Notes under the pieces: generated by a model
Told to the model about the DNA's origin: nothing
The model's input: the letters and a program-made list of their open reading frames with translations, nothing else
Databases searched by the model: none
Made by a program: the position numbers and the translations under genes
Shown: positions 11,968 through 24,489 of the stretch, piece after piece
How positions within the stretch are numbered: the first letter of the stretch is position 1
Layout of the letters: the number at the start of each line of letters is the position of its first letter
Source: Somniosus microcephalus
Taxonomy: Eukaryota
Reading direction: 5' to 3'
Assembly: GCA_052327205.1 (NCBI GenBank)
Contig: CM126209.1
Location: 144,150,001 to 144,214,000 of the forward strand
DNA length: 64,000 nt

Positions 11968-13164
11968 TAGAGTTGCCAACACCGGCTGGAAGCATTCCTG
12001 GAGGGTTGATCACGTGACATTCTGACTACATGACATTGCAAACGTTACTGCATTTACCTGATAAAGGTTGGGTTCCCTGTAGTTGAATATCTTTGCTTCT
12101 GCTTTCACGTCAGCAGCTGCTTTGTGAGAAGTTCCAAGAACCAGGCCACTGGTGGAGGGTGGAGATGAGGGGAAACTAAAGGTGCATGAACAATTCGCAG
12201 AGGGAAAGCCAGAGGTGGGAAGAACTGATTCCACCAATAACACCTCACTGAAATTGCACTGATAAGTGACAGTAATAATGGTAATACTCAGGTTCCCTGT
12301 ACTTGAAATTCACATGTCAAAACCAGCCACACAAACTGACCTAAACCAAACCGAGAGATCGCATAAAGGGCAGTGGGCTCGGTGTTTGGAGCACTTTTCA
12401 TAGGGCACATCGTCCTAAACTCAACTCAGCACCAACATTTCTAAATCATTCCCTTGGGCTCAGACTCAATAAAGGAGAATTTTCATAGAATGATAGAAAT
12501 TACAGCACAAAGGGAGGCCATTTGGCCCCTGGTACATGTGCTGGTGCTCTTTCCTGTAACTCCATTCCCCAAGGTCACCTTGTATTCATCCTTTTCAAAT
12601 ACTTATCACATTCTATTATAAATGATGCTCTGGTCTCTACCTCAATAGCCACTTGTGGTATAATAACCTTCAGTTCCAAAACCTTCCTTTTCCCTCCTTG
12701 GTTCTTCCAGTGAGAATCCTGTGTCTCTGGCTACTTGTTCCCCATTCACTCACAGTAAAGTCCCCAGGTTTCACTCACCCCTTTACGGGCTGCTCCTCTC
12801 TTGGCACGGCTTCCATTCACCACGTTGCTGCTGCTGCTGCTGTTTCCCACTCGTCAGTAAATACTGGTCCCCACACCCACCCCATTCTCCAGTCTTCCTC
12901 TCCTCCCGAGCCCCCATTCCGCACTCTCCTTTCCCCTGACCCCCATTCCGCATTCTTCCTCTCGCTCTTAACCCTTATTACCCAATCTTCCACTCCCCTT
13001 CCCAATCGCGAGCCGACTCCAGATTGTTTCTGGCTCTGACCTTACTGTGCCAGAGGTTTCTCTGCGGAGGCAGTCAGTGGCGTCAGAGTGGGGGTCCGCT
13101 GCTGTAGCGAGAAATTTAATACATGAATTACAGGATACTCCTGCGCAATCCATTGGCAACCCTA
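11968..13164. mobile_element. Non-autonomous hAT-type (Blackjack-like TIR) element, copy 2, inverted relative to copy 1
   Basis: TIRs tagagttgccaa / ttggcaacccta. Flanks tacatggt and tacacagc are compatible with a CpG-decayed 8-bp TSD. Confidence 0.75.
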
Positions 13165-13449
13165 TACACAGCTCGAGGAATTTGTTCGGCAATTTTTATT
13201 TCAAGCCAATCCTAAGTAACTTGGATGTACAGCATCTTCAAGCAATACAAAGACAGAGTTTCCACGCATGAATACCAACTTAATTTGTTATGCTTTTGAG
13301 TCAAGGATACTTGTTTTTAAGAAAATATATTTTTCAAGTCAAGACAATCCATACATGAAGTAAAGGGTTATGCCTTTTAGTTGGCAGCCAATCTTGAGAT
13401 TCATTTTTGGGCTGTGCTGTAAAAGCCCAACTACTGTCCTTTATTTTAC

Positions 13450-13844
13450 CTGGATATCTTGGAGACATCTGGTGTATATCCTTACAATATACTGACAGAA
13501 ACATTATAGAAGTTGCTACTGGAACATGCACATATGCATCCATTTTTTTCTCCTTACTGCACACTTGCATCATTAACCATACACAAGGTATTTCTTACAT
13601 TTACAATGTTGGGCATCCTTGGTAGTAAATTTAGCATTAGATGTTGCATCTAGATTTAGGCCATTAGATTTGGGGGAAAAAGGGAAAAAGGCATTTTTTG
13701 GCTGGCGATGGCTCCTACAGATTGATTGAAGGTGTGACTTGTTTTTGGAGCATGAATGAGGCTGAACTAGTTGTAAAGTACTTGACAATGGGGGCCAAGC
13801 TTGCACTACTTTTCAGTATGATTTCCAACAGTTAGCACATTTTA
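13450..13844 (-). pseudogene. Candidate decayed exon
   Basis: TTTTAG| acceptor and CAG|GTAAAA donor enclose two abutting minus ORFs (13573-13806 and 13334-13573), with a frameshift between them and one upstream stop. Confidence 0.4.
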
Positions 13845-13982
13845 CTAAAATATATGTAGAACCTAACTTTCATTTTTAAAAAGTAGGCCCTGACAAATAA
13901 CTTTCAGGAATACCTTTTTCAAACTAGTGACACTCAATGGTCCCACTCAAGCATATTGGCAGTATCTCTGATGAATCTTAGA

Positions 13983-15400
13983 GGAACATAGGAACAGGAG
14001 TAGGCCATTCAGTCCCTCAAGCCTGTTCCACCATTCTATTTGATCACAGTTGGTCGTTTTACCAGTCTTTTTTTCCATATCCCTTGATACCCTTACCTAA
14101 TAAAAATCTATCGATCTCAGTCTTGATGATTTCTGTTGACCCAGCACCCACAGCCTTTTCGGGGAGAGAAGTTCACATTTACACTAACCTTTGTGTGGAA
14201 AAAGTTCTTCCTAATTTTACTTCTCAATCGTCTAGCTCTAATTCCAAGATTGTGCCCCCTCCCCCGTTCCGGATCCCCCCACCAGAGGAAATAGCTTCAC
14301 TGTATTACTCTCGTTAGATTCTAAACTCAGGGGAATACAACCCAAGTTTATGCAACATGTCCTCATAATTTAATCCCTTAAACCCTGGTAGCATTCAGGT
14401 GTATCTGTGCTGTACCCCCTCCAAGACCGATACATTCTTCCCGAGTTGCAGTGCCCAAAACTGAATGCAGTACTCCAGATGGGGTCAGGCAAAGGCTCTG
14501 TTGTACAACTGAAGCATAACTTTGTCCCGTTTGTATTCCAACCTCCTTGAGAGAAGGACCAACATTCCATTAACCTTTTTAATTACTTTTTGTACCATGC
14601 ACTAGTGTTTAGTAATTTGTGTACCTGAACACCCAACACCCTTTGCTCCTCCAGCGTTGCTAGACTCTCACCATTAAAAAAAATCCCCTTAATTACAGAA
14701 TCCCGTTTCTTTTCTGCTGTTTCCCTGCTTGGACTGCCTCCTGCTCCACAGTGCACTGGTTAGCATCCTGGCCATCCTCCCCACAGCCTTTTTCCTTATT
14801 ACCACAAGTAGCAAGTACATTATTACATTGATGGCCTCTAGTTATACTCTTCTGCTGACTGTCAGTCACACACTTCTCTTCCTGTGGTGTGACTTTTCTG
14901 GAGTAAACTATCCAGATATTACTCCTCCTCCATTTTGTGTCAGCGTGTCTCCAACTCGTGCTCCAGCTCAATGCCTCTGAGCCGGAGTAACTCAAGATAG
15001 AAATTTCCCATGTGTTCATCAGGGACAGCTCACTGTCCACAAATTCCCACATCCTGCCGTCCTAACACACTGCTTTATCTACTCTATATTTATTTGTTTA
15101 TTTTATAGCCTTTATTTATCTCTATTTTCTGATTCGCCTTCAATACTAAATTATGATCAGATGGATTTACTTGGTTTCTTTTAGTTATTATACTTCTCAG
15201 TTTAGTATATTAGCCTTTTACGTTTATTTACTTAAAGCTGATAGTATTATTTTGGCTTTGCCTCTTGTGTATTAATTTAAAAAAATTAGTAGCCCTATAA
15301 TCTACTATACAGTTAAATATTAAAGCGTGAATAAATAATTGAACACTTAGCTTTTATTCCTCAGACTCCATCGCTCCTTCCTCTGCATTGGCTATGACAT
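13983..15400 (-). mobile_element. Internally deleted CR1-type LINE (3' RT end joined to ORF1/5' remnant)
   Basis: 3' tail (gaacataggaacaggagtaggccattc on +), RT C-terminal remnants to ~14680, then an ORF1-like remnant (MWEFVD...) and an AT-rich 5' part. Confidence 0.75.
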
Positions 15401-15478
15401 CACTTTTCAGACACATCCCCCGTTTGTTTCAGTGCTGTCACCATTCTGATATGCTGTGCTCTTTTTAAATACATTTAC

Positions 15479-15656
15479 CAGGAATTTCCTGTGATGCTCC
15501 GCTCTATCACTCATTTGTTGAGCTTCGTAGTTATTGTGCCATGGACGAAATGGTGTTAATGGGTTTATCACTGTATTGGTAGTAACAACTGCTTCCTCCA
15601 AGATGGTGTATGGTCAGATGATAAGACCTTGACAGCTATGATAGCAATTGTCTGCA
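15479..15656 (-). pseudogene. Candidate decayed exon
   Basis: TTTTCAG| acceptor and CTG|GTAAAT donor enclose 178 nt. The length fits the phases of its neighbours (0 to 1), but the most open frame (one stop) is not the phase-matching frame. Confidence 0.3.
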
Positions 15657-15872
15657 CTGAAAATGATACTTTTGCTAAGTCACAATATATGAAATGAATT
15701 TTACGCAGACCTAAATACAAGGTGGCGTCAGTATTGGGTGCTTACACAATAGATAATACCAGTGAAAAAGTTGTTTTAATTTGCATGCTGTGAGCCATGA
15801 TTAGCATGTAAAATATTAAAAAGGAACAGCATACTTTTATAAAACTGTGCTACATGTGTTAAGATCACATAC

Positions 15873-17117
15873 CTTAGGGCAGCATTCATCTCTCAGTATC
15901 AATCCTTCCAATCTGGAGACCGTATGCCTGGTGCTGTCTGGCTTACCCTAAGACGGTGTTGGCCAATAGAAATTGCTGACTAGCCACAGGTGTGGCTACA
16001 CCAGCCTTTTAGCAACATGCACTAATTTTACTAGAAAATGCTTTACACACAATATAGGTAATTGTACTTAATGTGTATACTTACTACCACCAATCAGTAC
16101 GGAACCTTGCAGACTTTCTCTTTCACCAAAGTTTGGAATTCTGGCATGAATTTATCAGACAAAGCACATCTTGGCAAAGCCTCTAGATTTTTGTCCACAG
16201 TTGCAGGTGGTACTTTTGACGTCACAGGGTGATTACTGAGAATGTTGACTTGCACAACAAGATGTACCAAACCCGCCGCTGCTCTCCATCCAGAATGCGG
16301 TTGGATGCTGCTTGCCTTTTGCCATGACTTGCCCTGTTGGAGCCGCTTGTTATTGGTTGGGCTTACTGGCCTGAACGGTTATTCCGATTGGTCGAACTGA
16401 CCACGATCATAGCTCTCCTTTCCAGACAATGTTGCAAGTGTTTCCATGGCGTTGAAGTCTGGCGTTTTCACCCGTGTTACACACCATTTTAGCCGTTAAT
16501 TAATAAACAGTAACCAAGGAAGGAAATCACACACAATGGTCAAAAAACACCCACACACTCTGCTTAATATTACCCCAACAAACGCGCAAAAAGGTTAAAG
16601 TACGCATGCATATGCCGTGCGAATATGAGTAGAGATGACATGCTCAATAACGGTGTCTGTTACTCATTTTTATTTACTAATCAAAATGCTATTAAACACA
16701 TCTGGATTCCCAATTAGCCACATGTGGCATGGGGTTAATGTTTTTGAAAAACATTACCCTGACAGAGTTGGGATCCGATACCGGGGAAACTGAACTGATC
16801 AAGGCCAGGTGTCCTCGAAACACACAGTAGTGTTAAGGATTTTCTCCCTTTGGCTCTGCATGCTTCGCAGGACTGGAAAGCTTGCAGGTACCAGAATGCC
16901 TTTTGGCACTGACAGAAGATGGGCATTTATTGGCATCTACTGCGGACAGGTGTGGATGGAAAAGTGTAAACTGAGTTATGCTTGGAAGACGAGCACTGAA
17001 GACCCAGCATCATTTTATACAATGTCTAAATTGCATCTGTATCTTCAAGTCTGCAGAAACCAAAAAGGGGCCTTTTGTTGTCAGTAAAACATAGGGTAGC
17101 AGTAAAGGTTTTCTTCA
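15873..17117 (-). pseudogene. Decayed exon split by a hAT insertion
   Basis: Strong acceptor ttcttttctctgttcctgcag| at 17117 and donor AAG|GTATGT at 15873. Removing 15954-16756 plus one 8-bp TSD leaves 434 nt (2 nt + 144 codons) in one frame with only two stops. Confidence 0.55.
15954..16756 (-). mobile_element. Charlie/MER3-like hAT deletion derivative, copy 1
   Basis: Termini cggtgttggccaatagaa and ttgaaaaacatta, subterminal tagccacatgtggc, flanks ccctaaga/ccctgaca (decayed 8-bp TSD). The minus strand encodes NLEALPRCALSDKFMPEFQTLVKEKVCKVPY*, resembling the C-terminus of Charlie/GTF2IRD2-type transposases. Confidence 0.75.
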
Positions 17118-18377
17118 CTGCAGGAACAGAGAAAAGAATCAATGCATCAGCCCAAGGACATACCTTTAAGATGCGGCAAAGAATTATGTGGGTGCTGTCC
17201 CAACCTCATCAAGATGGCCACTTATTTATATAGACTGATTAAGTCAAATTCCATTTTTATTACACGTGATTCTGGGATTTTTATCCATTTTGTGATTCTC
17301 TGTTTATAATTAGAACCACTGATATATAGTGACTGAATGAAAAAGATTCCATTTATATTACAGGGGATTCTGGGATTTTACTAATATTCTGGGGATTGAA
17401 TTCTGAGATTCTATTTTTCTGTGAAAACTATAAATCAGTGGCCTTGCTCATCAACATCTTAAAGAGACTACATCCATGGTGATTCTCTCTACTGACAACT
17501 TAGGCATACTTCTATACACAGAGCATATTGAATGATTGATTCATTCTAATGGTGTCCTTTTTGTATCATTGTGAAGTTTAAGTTCATATGCTGTGTGTGT
17601 TTTCAATTCTAATTCAGCAAAGTGTAGTCCAACAAAGGAGAGACTGTACCTTTAATTGTCCAAAATTTTATTTGAATTTAATGAGCTGGAATTAAACAAT
17701 TCAGTAATAATTATACATCTAAACACAGTATTTTATTTAGTGTTGATTTGATTAGATTTGTATATTTAAAATAATCATTCCCCTTTTCAATATACAATGC
17801 CACAAGATTACAATCAAATCTGCATGATAGACTTATTTTCAGATAATGCTCTTCATAAAATATTCCATGCATTTCTTCTAAGTAAGTTGATTTGGTTCAA
17901 AGTAAATTTTGTGTCCATTTTCAGTAATACTGCTATGTACAGTACAAGATGTTTATTAATTTGTGAAACATTGAGACAAATCCTATTTTTAATTAAACTT
18001 ACTTAGCTGCAAGTCAAAAATGTTAAAATATGATTTTATCAAATTCTCTTTATTTTGACTCTGACTTTCTTTTATCTCCAGTCTATCTCTCCAAGATGCA
18101 CCGTAAACCTTAGGTCAGGTCAGCACAACTGTAATACCATAACTGCTGCTCCCACAGCCAGTACAGCATTATCTTTCAGTGCTGTGCACACATAAATTAG
18201 GAAGGTTGGAGTTTTTAAGTTATACACCCTTTTAAAATGTTTGACAATTATATTTGTACATTATTAAAAAATCTTGTGCATGGTGCCATGCACTTCCTGT
18301 GTCACAAATTTACATGTAAAGTGTTATGTAAAAAATTCTAATGGGAATTACAATGTACTTACCTGCCATACTAAATT

Positions 18378-18408
18378 GTAGTTATTATGTTATGCCACTA
18401 GGCGGCAT
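18378..18408 (+). promoter_or_regulatory. Candidate CTCF site with upstream motif
   Basis: gccactaggcggca closely matches the CTCF core CCACYAGRKGGC (one mismatch); a tgtagt upstream (TGCAGT-like) motif lies ~10 bp 5'. Confidence 0.55.
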
Positions 18409-18959
18409 TTTATCGTTTCCCCACAAATCACTCAAAACGCTTTCGGGGAAAAAAACAATTTCTTTCCTCAGTAACTGAAATTTAGTGTCTGAAATATGGT
18501 TTTAAACAGAAAATTCATATAATTACATATTTCACAATAATGATCAAACTTGTCACTTGAAACATCTTTGAATGTCTTCATAAAGTTTTTATTTAAAGGC
18601 TTCAGCTCTCCCAAAAACCTGGGCTTAAACTTGATATTTTTGCTCAGAACCGTGCCTCTGTTACTGAAGGCAGATTGTGCTGTCTGATCATGCGCAGTGC
18701 ATCCAATCTCCCATGATGCAGCAGCAGCAGCATTTACTCAGCTGTACAGCTGGAACATTCTTCAGCATCCAGCAGGTTCTGTTTTTCAAAATTATTTCAA
18801 GAAAAGCTAGAGGACAAATTGAGTGTTTTTTTAAAATGGAGAGATTGTGTGCTTCTGTGTGAGGGACAGAAATAATGACAAATTGTACAGATTACACCCC
18901 AGTTATTGCTTTTACTTTGCATTCTTTAAAGTTCAGAAAGCATATCAAAGACATAGAGC

Positions 18960-19142
18960 AGTGTTTTTTCCAAAACGCCACCCAGGCATAAAACTGCATT
19001 ACAGATCGGTCGCCCATTATAGAAACCGCCTGATTTTAATTTTCACTGAATTTAACGGAAATTAAAATTGGGTGGTTTCTATAACAGACGGCCGATCTGC
19101 GATGTCAGTTTTACACCCAGCAGCAAGATGAAAATCTACCCA
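18960..19142. mobile_element. Palindromic MITE-like element
   Basis: Arms 18985-19042 and 19059-19118 are reverse complements (acagatcggtcgcccattatagaaaccgcc / ggtggtttctataacagacggccgatctgc). Terminus is gaaaatctaccc. Confidence 0.75.
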
Positions 19143-19899
19143 TGTCTTTCCTCATCCTAATATGAGTTTATTTAAAAATAGTTGAATTTTAAAGTAAACG
19201 GAATGCCTCTTATTACCAGCTGATTATCACTTGTGTTTTGTTGCTGGTTAAAAATTGTAAACATGCTAAGTATAAAAAGCTGCCAGACAACTGAGATGGC
19301 AGGAGGAGAGATTCTCATAATTTATGGGGGGTTTTCAAATTAAAAATGAAAGCTGTTGAATTTTGAAACCAAACAGAAAAGCTCTAATTATCACCTAATT
19401 TATATAAATATTAAGATGTTTACATTTTCTTACAGCTGAGAGATAGAAACAGACAGATAATGAAAGAAAGAGAGACAAGTAGACACAGAGATATACTTAC
19501 ACAAAAGAACAATCACAAAATACCACAATTAATGTTTGCAGTGATCCCTTAAAAATATACAAAACAGTGCTGCTATACATGGCATCTACTCAATATTGTC
19601 AGGCCTATACCTTTCCCCCCCCGCCCGCCTCATTGCTGACAGACAATGAGTCAAACCTCACATTCCACCCCTAGATGTGCCAACACTCAGGTTCACCTTC
19701 CACAGTTCTACCAAACTTAGGTTCTCCTTACACAGTGATGCCAGACCAACCTCCCTATCCCCAATACTGCCAAACACTAGAAGCCCCACTGGAATGTCAA
19801 ACTTCAGGACCTCCATCCAAGTTCTGCCAAACACCAGACCATTTCCTAATGCTACCAAAGCCCAACACATTCCTCAATGCCTCAAAGTGCAGAATGCAA

Positions 19900-20092
19900 G
19901 ATACTGCAGAGATGCTGCAAATCTGAAATAAAAAATGAAAATGCTGGAAACACTCACCAGGTCACGCAGCATCAGTGGAGAAAGGAAACAGTTTAGGTTA
20001 GTGATTCAGGTTTAGACTTGAAATGTTAAACTTTTTCCTTACTGCCAGATGCAGCCTGACCGGCTGAGTGTTTCTAGCATTTTATGTTTCTA
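19900..20092. mobile_element. Penelope-derived fold-back fragment
   Basis: aaaatgctggaaacactcaccaggtcacgcagcatc is followed by its inverted copy gatgcagcctgaccggctgagtgtttctagcatttt. Confidence 0.65.
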
Positions 20093-20529
20093 TCCAATTG
20101 CAGGACTGCCCTCCAAATATAGTTAAGCACAATTCCCTTTCCCCATTGTTTCTAAATGCCCAATATCTACCTGCAACTGGTGCATATTGTGTACCATCTT
20201 TGTGTATTCTCAGCTTAAAGTAAGGGATAAAAATTAAATACATAAAGGAATATATTAAAATAAAAGATATGCATTTATGGTTTTCACAGAATAATGGTCA
20301 GGGTTGTGGAATTCAATCCTCAAAGCACCAGCAAAAATCTAATAATTTAATAAAAAATGAAATTTGATGAATTCAGTTGCTAGACCTGATATTGTGCCCT
20401 ACATAGCATAAACATCCCCATTATTATAAAACTGAGTTTCCTCTGAACCATCGTAGGAAACCCAACAGGTGATCTACTAGTACATTATATAACCGCATTG
20501 TGCCCATTTACACTCTAAGGCATTTTTCT

Positions 20530-21000
20530 GGGTCCAGAAATGCGAGGGTCTACATATCAGGAAAGGATGAACAGGCTGGGTCTCTTTTCTCTTGAAAAAA
20601 GGCTGAGGGGTGACCTAATAGAAGTCTTTAAAATTATGAAAGGTTTTGATAGAGTGGATAGAGAGAGAATGTTTCCACTTGTGGGGAAGAGTATAACTAG
20701 AGGCCATCAATATAAGATAGTCAACAAGAAATCCAAAAGGGAATTCAGAAGAAACTTCTTCACCCAAAGAGTGGTGAGAATGTGGAAGTCACTACCACAG
20801 GGAATGGCTGAAGTGAATAGTATAGATGCATTTAAGGGGAGGCCAGACAGGCATATGAGGGAAAAGGGAATAGAAGGTTATGCTGATAGATTTAGATGAG
20901 GGAAGACAGGAGGAGGCTCGTGTGGAGCATAAACGCCGGTATAGACTGGTTGGGCCGAATGGCCTGTTTCTGTGCCGTATATCCTATGTAATCCTATGTA
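20530..21000 (+). mobile_element. 5'-truncated CR1-type LINE
   Basis: ORF 20540-20899 is a CR1 ORF2 C-terminus (LGLFSLEKRLRGDLIEVFKIMKGFDRVD...FFTQRVVRMW). The tail ends in atcctatgta repeats. Confidence 0.9.
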
Positions 21001-23552
21001 CCAAAGTTAGTCAGACTCAGCAGCTGGCCATTACTGTCAGATTCCTAACCGCCTGCCCAATGTAGTTACCATTTGCTTTGCCCCTCAGTAAATATCTCTG
21101 ATTAAAATCATAGCTGTTTCAGTACTTGTCATGGCGCCGAATCCTCCAGCTACTCAGCTGAGGGCTACAAGGTGTAATTTCTGTGTGAAATTGAGACTAG
21201 ATCCTGATGTGGTTACAGAAACAGGCAGCAAGGCAAACATAATATTAGCTACGGATTTCCCCTGCTAAGGAACAGGCAAACAGGAGGATTCTCAACTTTG
21301 GAAACAGATGGAGTGGTTGTTTTAAGCAGTGCTGAGTACAGGAAGTGTGGTCAGAGATGGAAATGAAGAGAAGGGAAATTTTACAGACATGAGGACATAG
21401 GTCAGTCTCAGATATAGGAGTTCAAAGGTGGGTTAACCTCAAAATTAAGGAGGAGGTGGATTTTTGAGGCATATTCAGCAGAAAATTAAGTCTCATTGAA
21501 TGTGGATCATTCTGAAAATTTCTCACCAACCTTTGAGTTAAATTTTTCACACCTGTTCGAAGTAAAATTACCCTTGGAATTATGTGTCATAGCAGAGATT
21601 ATCTGTAATTTAGTTATATGAGGGAGGGAAATAAATAAAGTAAATATGCAGTGGGGGGAAGCAAGACCACACAGAGCAGTGAAGAGATTGGGTGTAGGAT
21701 TAACAAGTTCATTTGCATGTGAAGAGAGCATGTTGGTACTCCAGAAACCAGTGAGAGGGATCAGTGAGGAAAAAGAACTGAGTGCAAGATAAATGGGTAG
21801 GGAGGGACTTATCAAGGGTCTGGACTGATTAGAATAAAGTGCCCTTTCCAACTAGCATAGATTTTAAACTTTAAATCTTTATTTTAACTATTGCAACTGA
21901 TGAGCACTAAAATTCAATGCCAACATTTTCTGCTCCCTTATCAATGTGAAACAAATTTTCATGCCAATTCTTTACTTAATACACAGGTTGCTTGACTTTT
22001 TAAAAAAAAAAAGACATATATAGGCTTAGAAAGGGGCAACCTAGCATTGAGAGCTTTCAGAATTCACATTAGATCAGTCACACAACCAGTCAACTTGAAT
22101 ACTACATCTTTTAAAAAGAATATTTACAAGAAGTGCAGATGCATCATATTGGATTACATTGAGCTTCATGAGAAATAAACCAGAATTGTAGGACCTGACA
22201 TTCCATTAAAATTTTTAGATAAGACATTTGAATTTGTTTGATCAAATCTAACTGGCATAAAGTTCAATATTAAAAAGCTAATTAATTCATACTAAATGAG
22301 ATCAAGCTAGTTGTCACTTGCACTAATTGCATATCTTAATCCAACAGTATTAGAAAGATTTTACACTACTGTATCGACATCAGAAATTTTAGGCACTCAA
22401 TTTGAATCATTCAATACCTCACTGCAGAAATCTCAAGGTGTACATCAATATTAACACAACATATTAAAACTGATCTGTGACAATAGTTGCTGTATTATCA
22501 GAAAAGCTAGTTTATCATCTAAAAATCTTAAATACAAAAGATGATGCTTCTCATTGTAACTAAATATAAAATCAGACCTTGCCTGTTTCTTTTAAAGTGG
22601 CATTCAAGTTGCTTTCCACGTTGCTAATCTATTTAAAGCTCTAAAAAGGTTCTGATTTTGCACATATATACTGAATTGCTGTACCTCTATAGCAGCTGAT
22701 CTTGAATCCGTTTTTATAGTCTTCCACTTTTTCTAATGTATTTGTTTTAAAAATATGACCAAAATAATATCAATCAGTCAGGTTTAATATCACTTTCCTT
22801 TGAAGCATTTATGGCTCTTTAGAAATCCTAATCACACGATGCAGCATTATTGAACATAACTGGAGATTGAAGTATACATACTGAAGTATATTTTAATGGA
22901 AGCACGCTCCATGGTTTACACATTTCATCTAACGTTTACTCTAATGATAAGACTGTAGTTGAATCATGGCAACACCCATTAAATATTTTTAAACAATCTG
23001 ACCATATAAAACTGATCTAAAATGGCAGGAGACCATAAAACCATATAAGATTACAGCATATACGGCGCCATTCAACCGATCACGTCTGTGCCGGGTCTTT
23101 GCTAGCGAAATCCGAAACGAATCCCAATGTACTGTTCCTCATAGCCCTATATATTCTTTGCCTCAAATATTTACTGAATTTTCCCTTAAGAAATGGTCCC
23201 TGCCTCACCCACTCGCTATAAGCGTTGTGCAAAGAAATGTCTCTTCTCACTCTCAATGAGAACTTTAATTTGATAATCCCTCATCACTGGCACCTAAACA
23301 GAGGAAATAGTTTTAACCTATTCGCTCTATCATACCTATTCATAATTTTTAAAACCTTGAGTAAATCTCCTGTCGGCCTTCTCTGCTCCAGTGGTCATAG
23401 TTCCAATATGTCAATTCTCTCCCCGTAACTACAAGTTTCCCATTCCTGATATTGTCCTGGTGAATCTATGCTGAATGGTCTCTCTAGTTTTAATGTACTC
23501 TCTAAAATGGGCTGCCCCAAACCGCACGCAGCATTCTAACTGTAGCCGAACC

Positions 23553-24489
23553 TAGTGTTGTCCAACACATTAGCCACATGTGGCTACTTGGGAATCCAGA
23601 TATGACTGCATTTTTGAATAGCAAGTAATAGACACCGTGGTTGATCTCACTACTCATTCGCACGGTGTACTTTAACCCTTTTGTGCGTAATTTGGTAAAA
23701 TGCTGAGATGAAAAACAGAGCGTGCGCGTGTTTTTTGATTGCGTGCGCTTTCCTTCATTGGTTCCTGTTATCTGCTAAAATGAGGTGCAACACAGGTGAA
23801 ACCGCCAGACTTCAGAATCATGGAAACAGCAGCAGCATTGTATGGAGAGGGGAGCCTTGGTCGTGGTCAGCTCAAGCAATCGGAATAATCGCTGAACGCC
23901 CGGACAGCAAGGCCAACCAGTAACATAGCAAAATACTGCGGATGTTGGAAATCCGAAATAACAACAGAAAATGCTGGAAAAACTCAGCAGGTCAGGCAAC
24001 ATCCGTGGACAGAAATTTGAGTTGACGTTTCGGGTCGAACCCTTCTTCAAAACCAGTAACAAGCAGCTCCAATAGGGCAGGGCAGGGCAAACAGCGGCCA
24101 AGAGCGGGGGCGGCTCGGCTCGGCTCGGGCGCGTTTCGCTCCAGTCAGCATTCTCGGCAATCACTCCAAGGACAGCAGGAGTACCGCTTCGGATTTCCAG
24201 CAGCCGCAGTATTTTGCTTTTGTACCGCTTTTAAGTGCTGGACAAAAAGCTAGAAGCTGTTCCAAGGTGTGCTTGTCTGAAACTCATGCCATAATTCCAA
24301 ACTTTGGTGAAAGAGAAACTGTAAAGTTTCACACCGAATGGTGGTAGATGTTTAAGTAAATATACACCTGAAGTACATTTGCCCGCAATGTGTGCAAGAC
24401 ATAATCGAGTAAAACTGGTGCATGTGGCTAAAACAGTGACGCCGTAGGCACACTTGTGGCTCGGCAGCGATTTATATTGGACAACACTA
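23553..24489 (+). mobile_element. Charlie/MER3-like hAT deletion derivative, copy 2 (inverted relative to copy 1)
   Basis: Perfect 13-bp TIRs tagtgttgtccaa / ttggacaacacta; flanks gccgaacc/acctaacc; internal sequence colinear with the reverse complement of 15954-16756. Confidence 0.85.
23925..24050 (-). mobile_element. Penelope-derived fragment nested in the hAT element
   Basis: gcaaaatactgcggatgttggaaatccgaaataacaacagaaaatgctgg... is flanked by the direct repeat aaccagtaaca. Confidence 0.8.

Noticed and set aside
17165-17235. Possible small exon ending AAG|GTATGT
   Set aside because: It would leave only a ~47-nt intron before the 17117 acceptor, too short to be credible.
19640-19890. Degenerate ~28-30-bp periodic ccaaac-containing sequence
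   Set aside because: Old low-identity minisatellite-like tract; its ORFs are uninformative.
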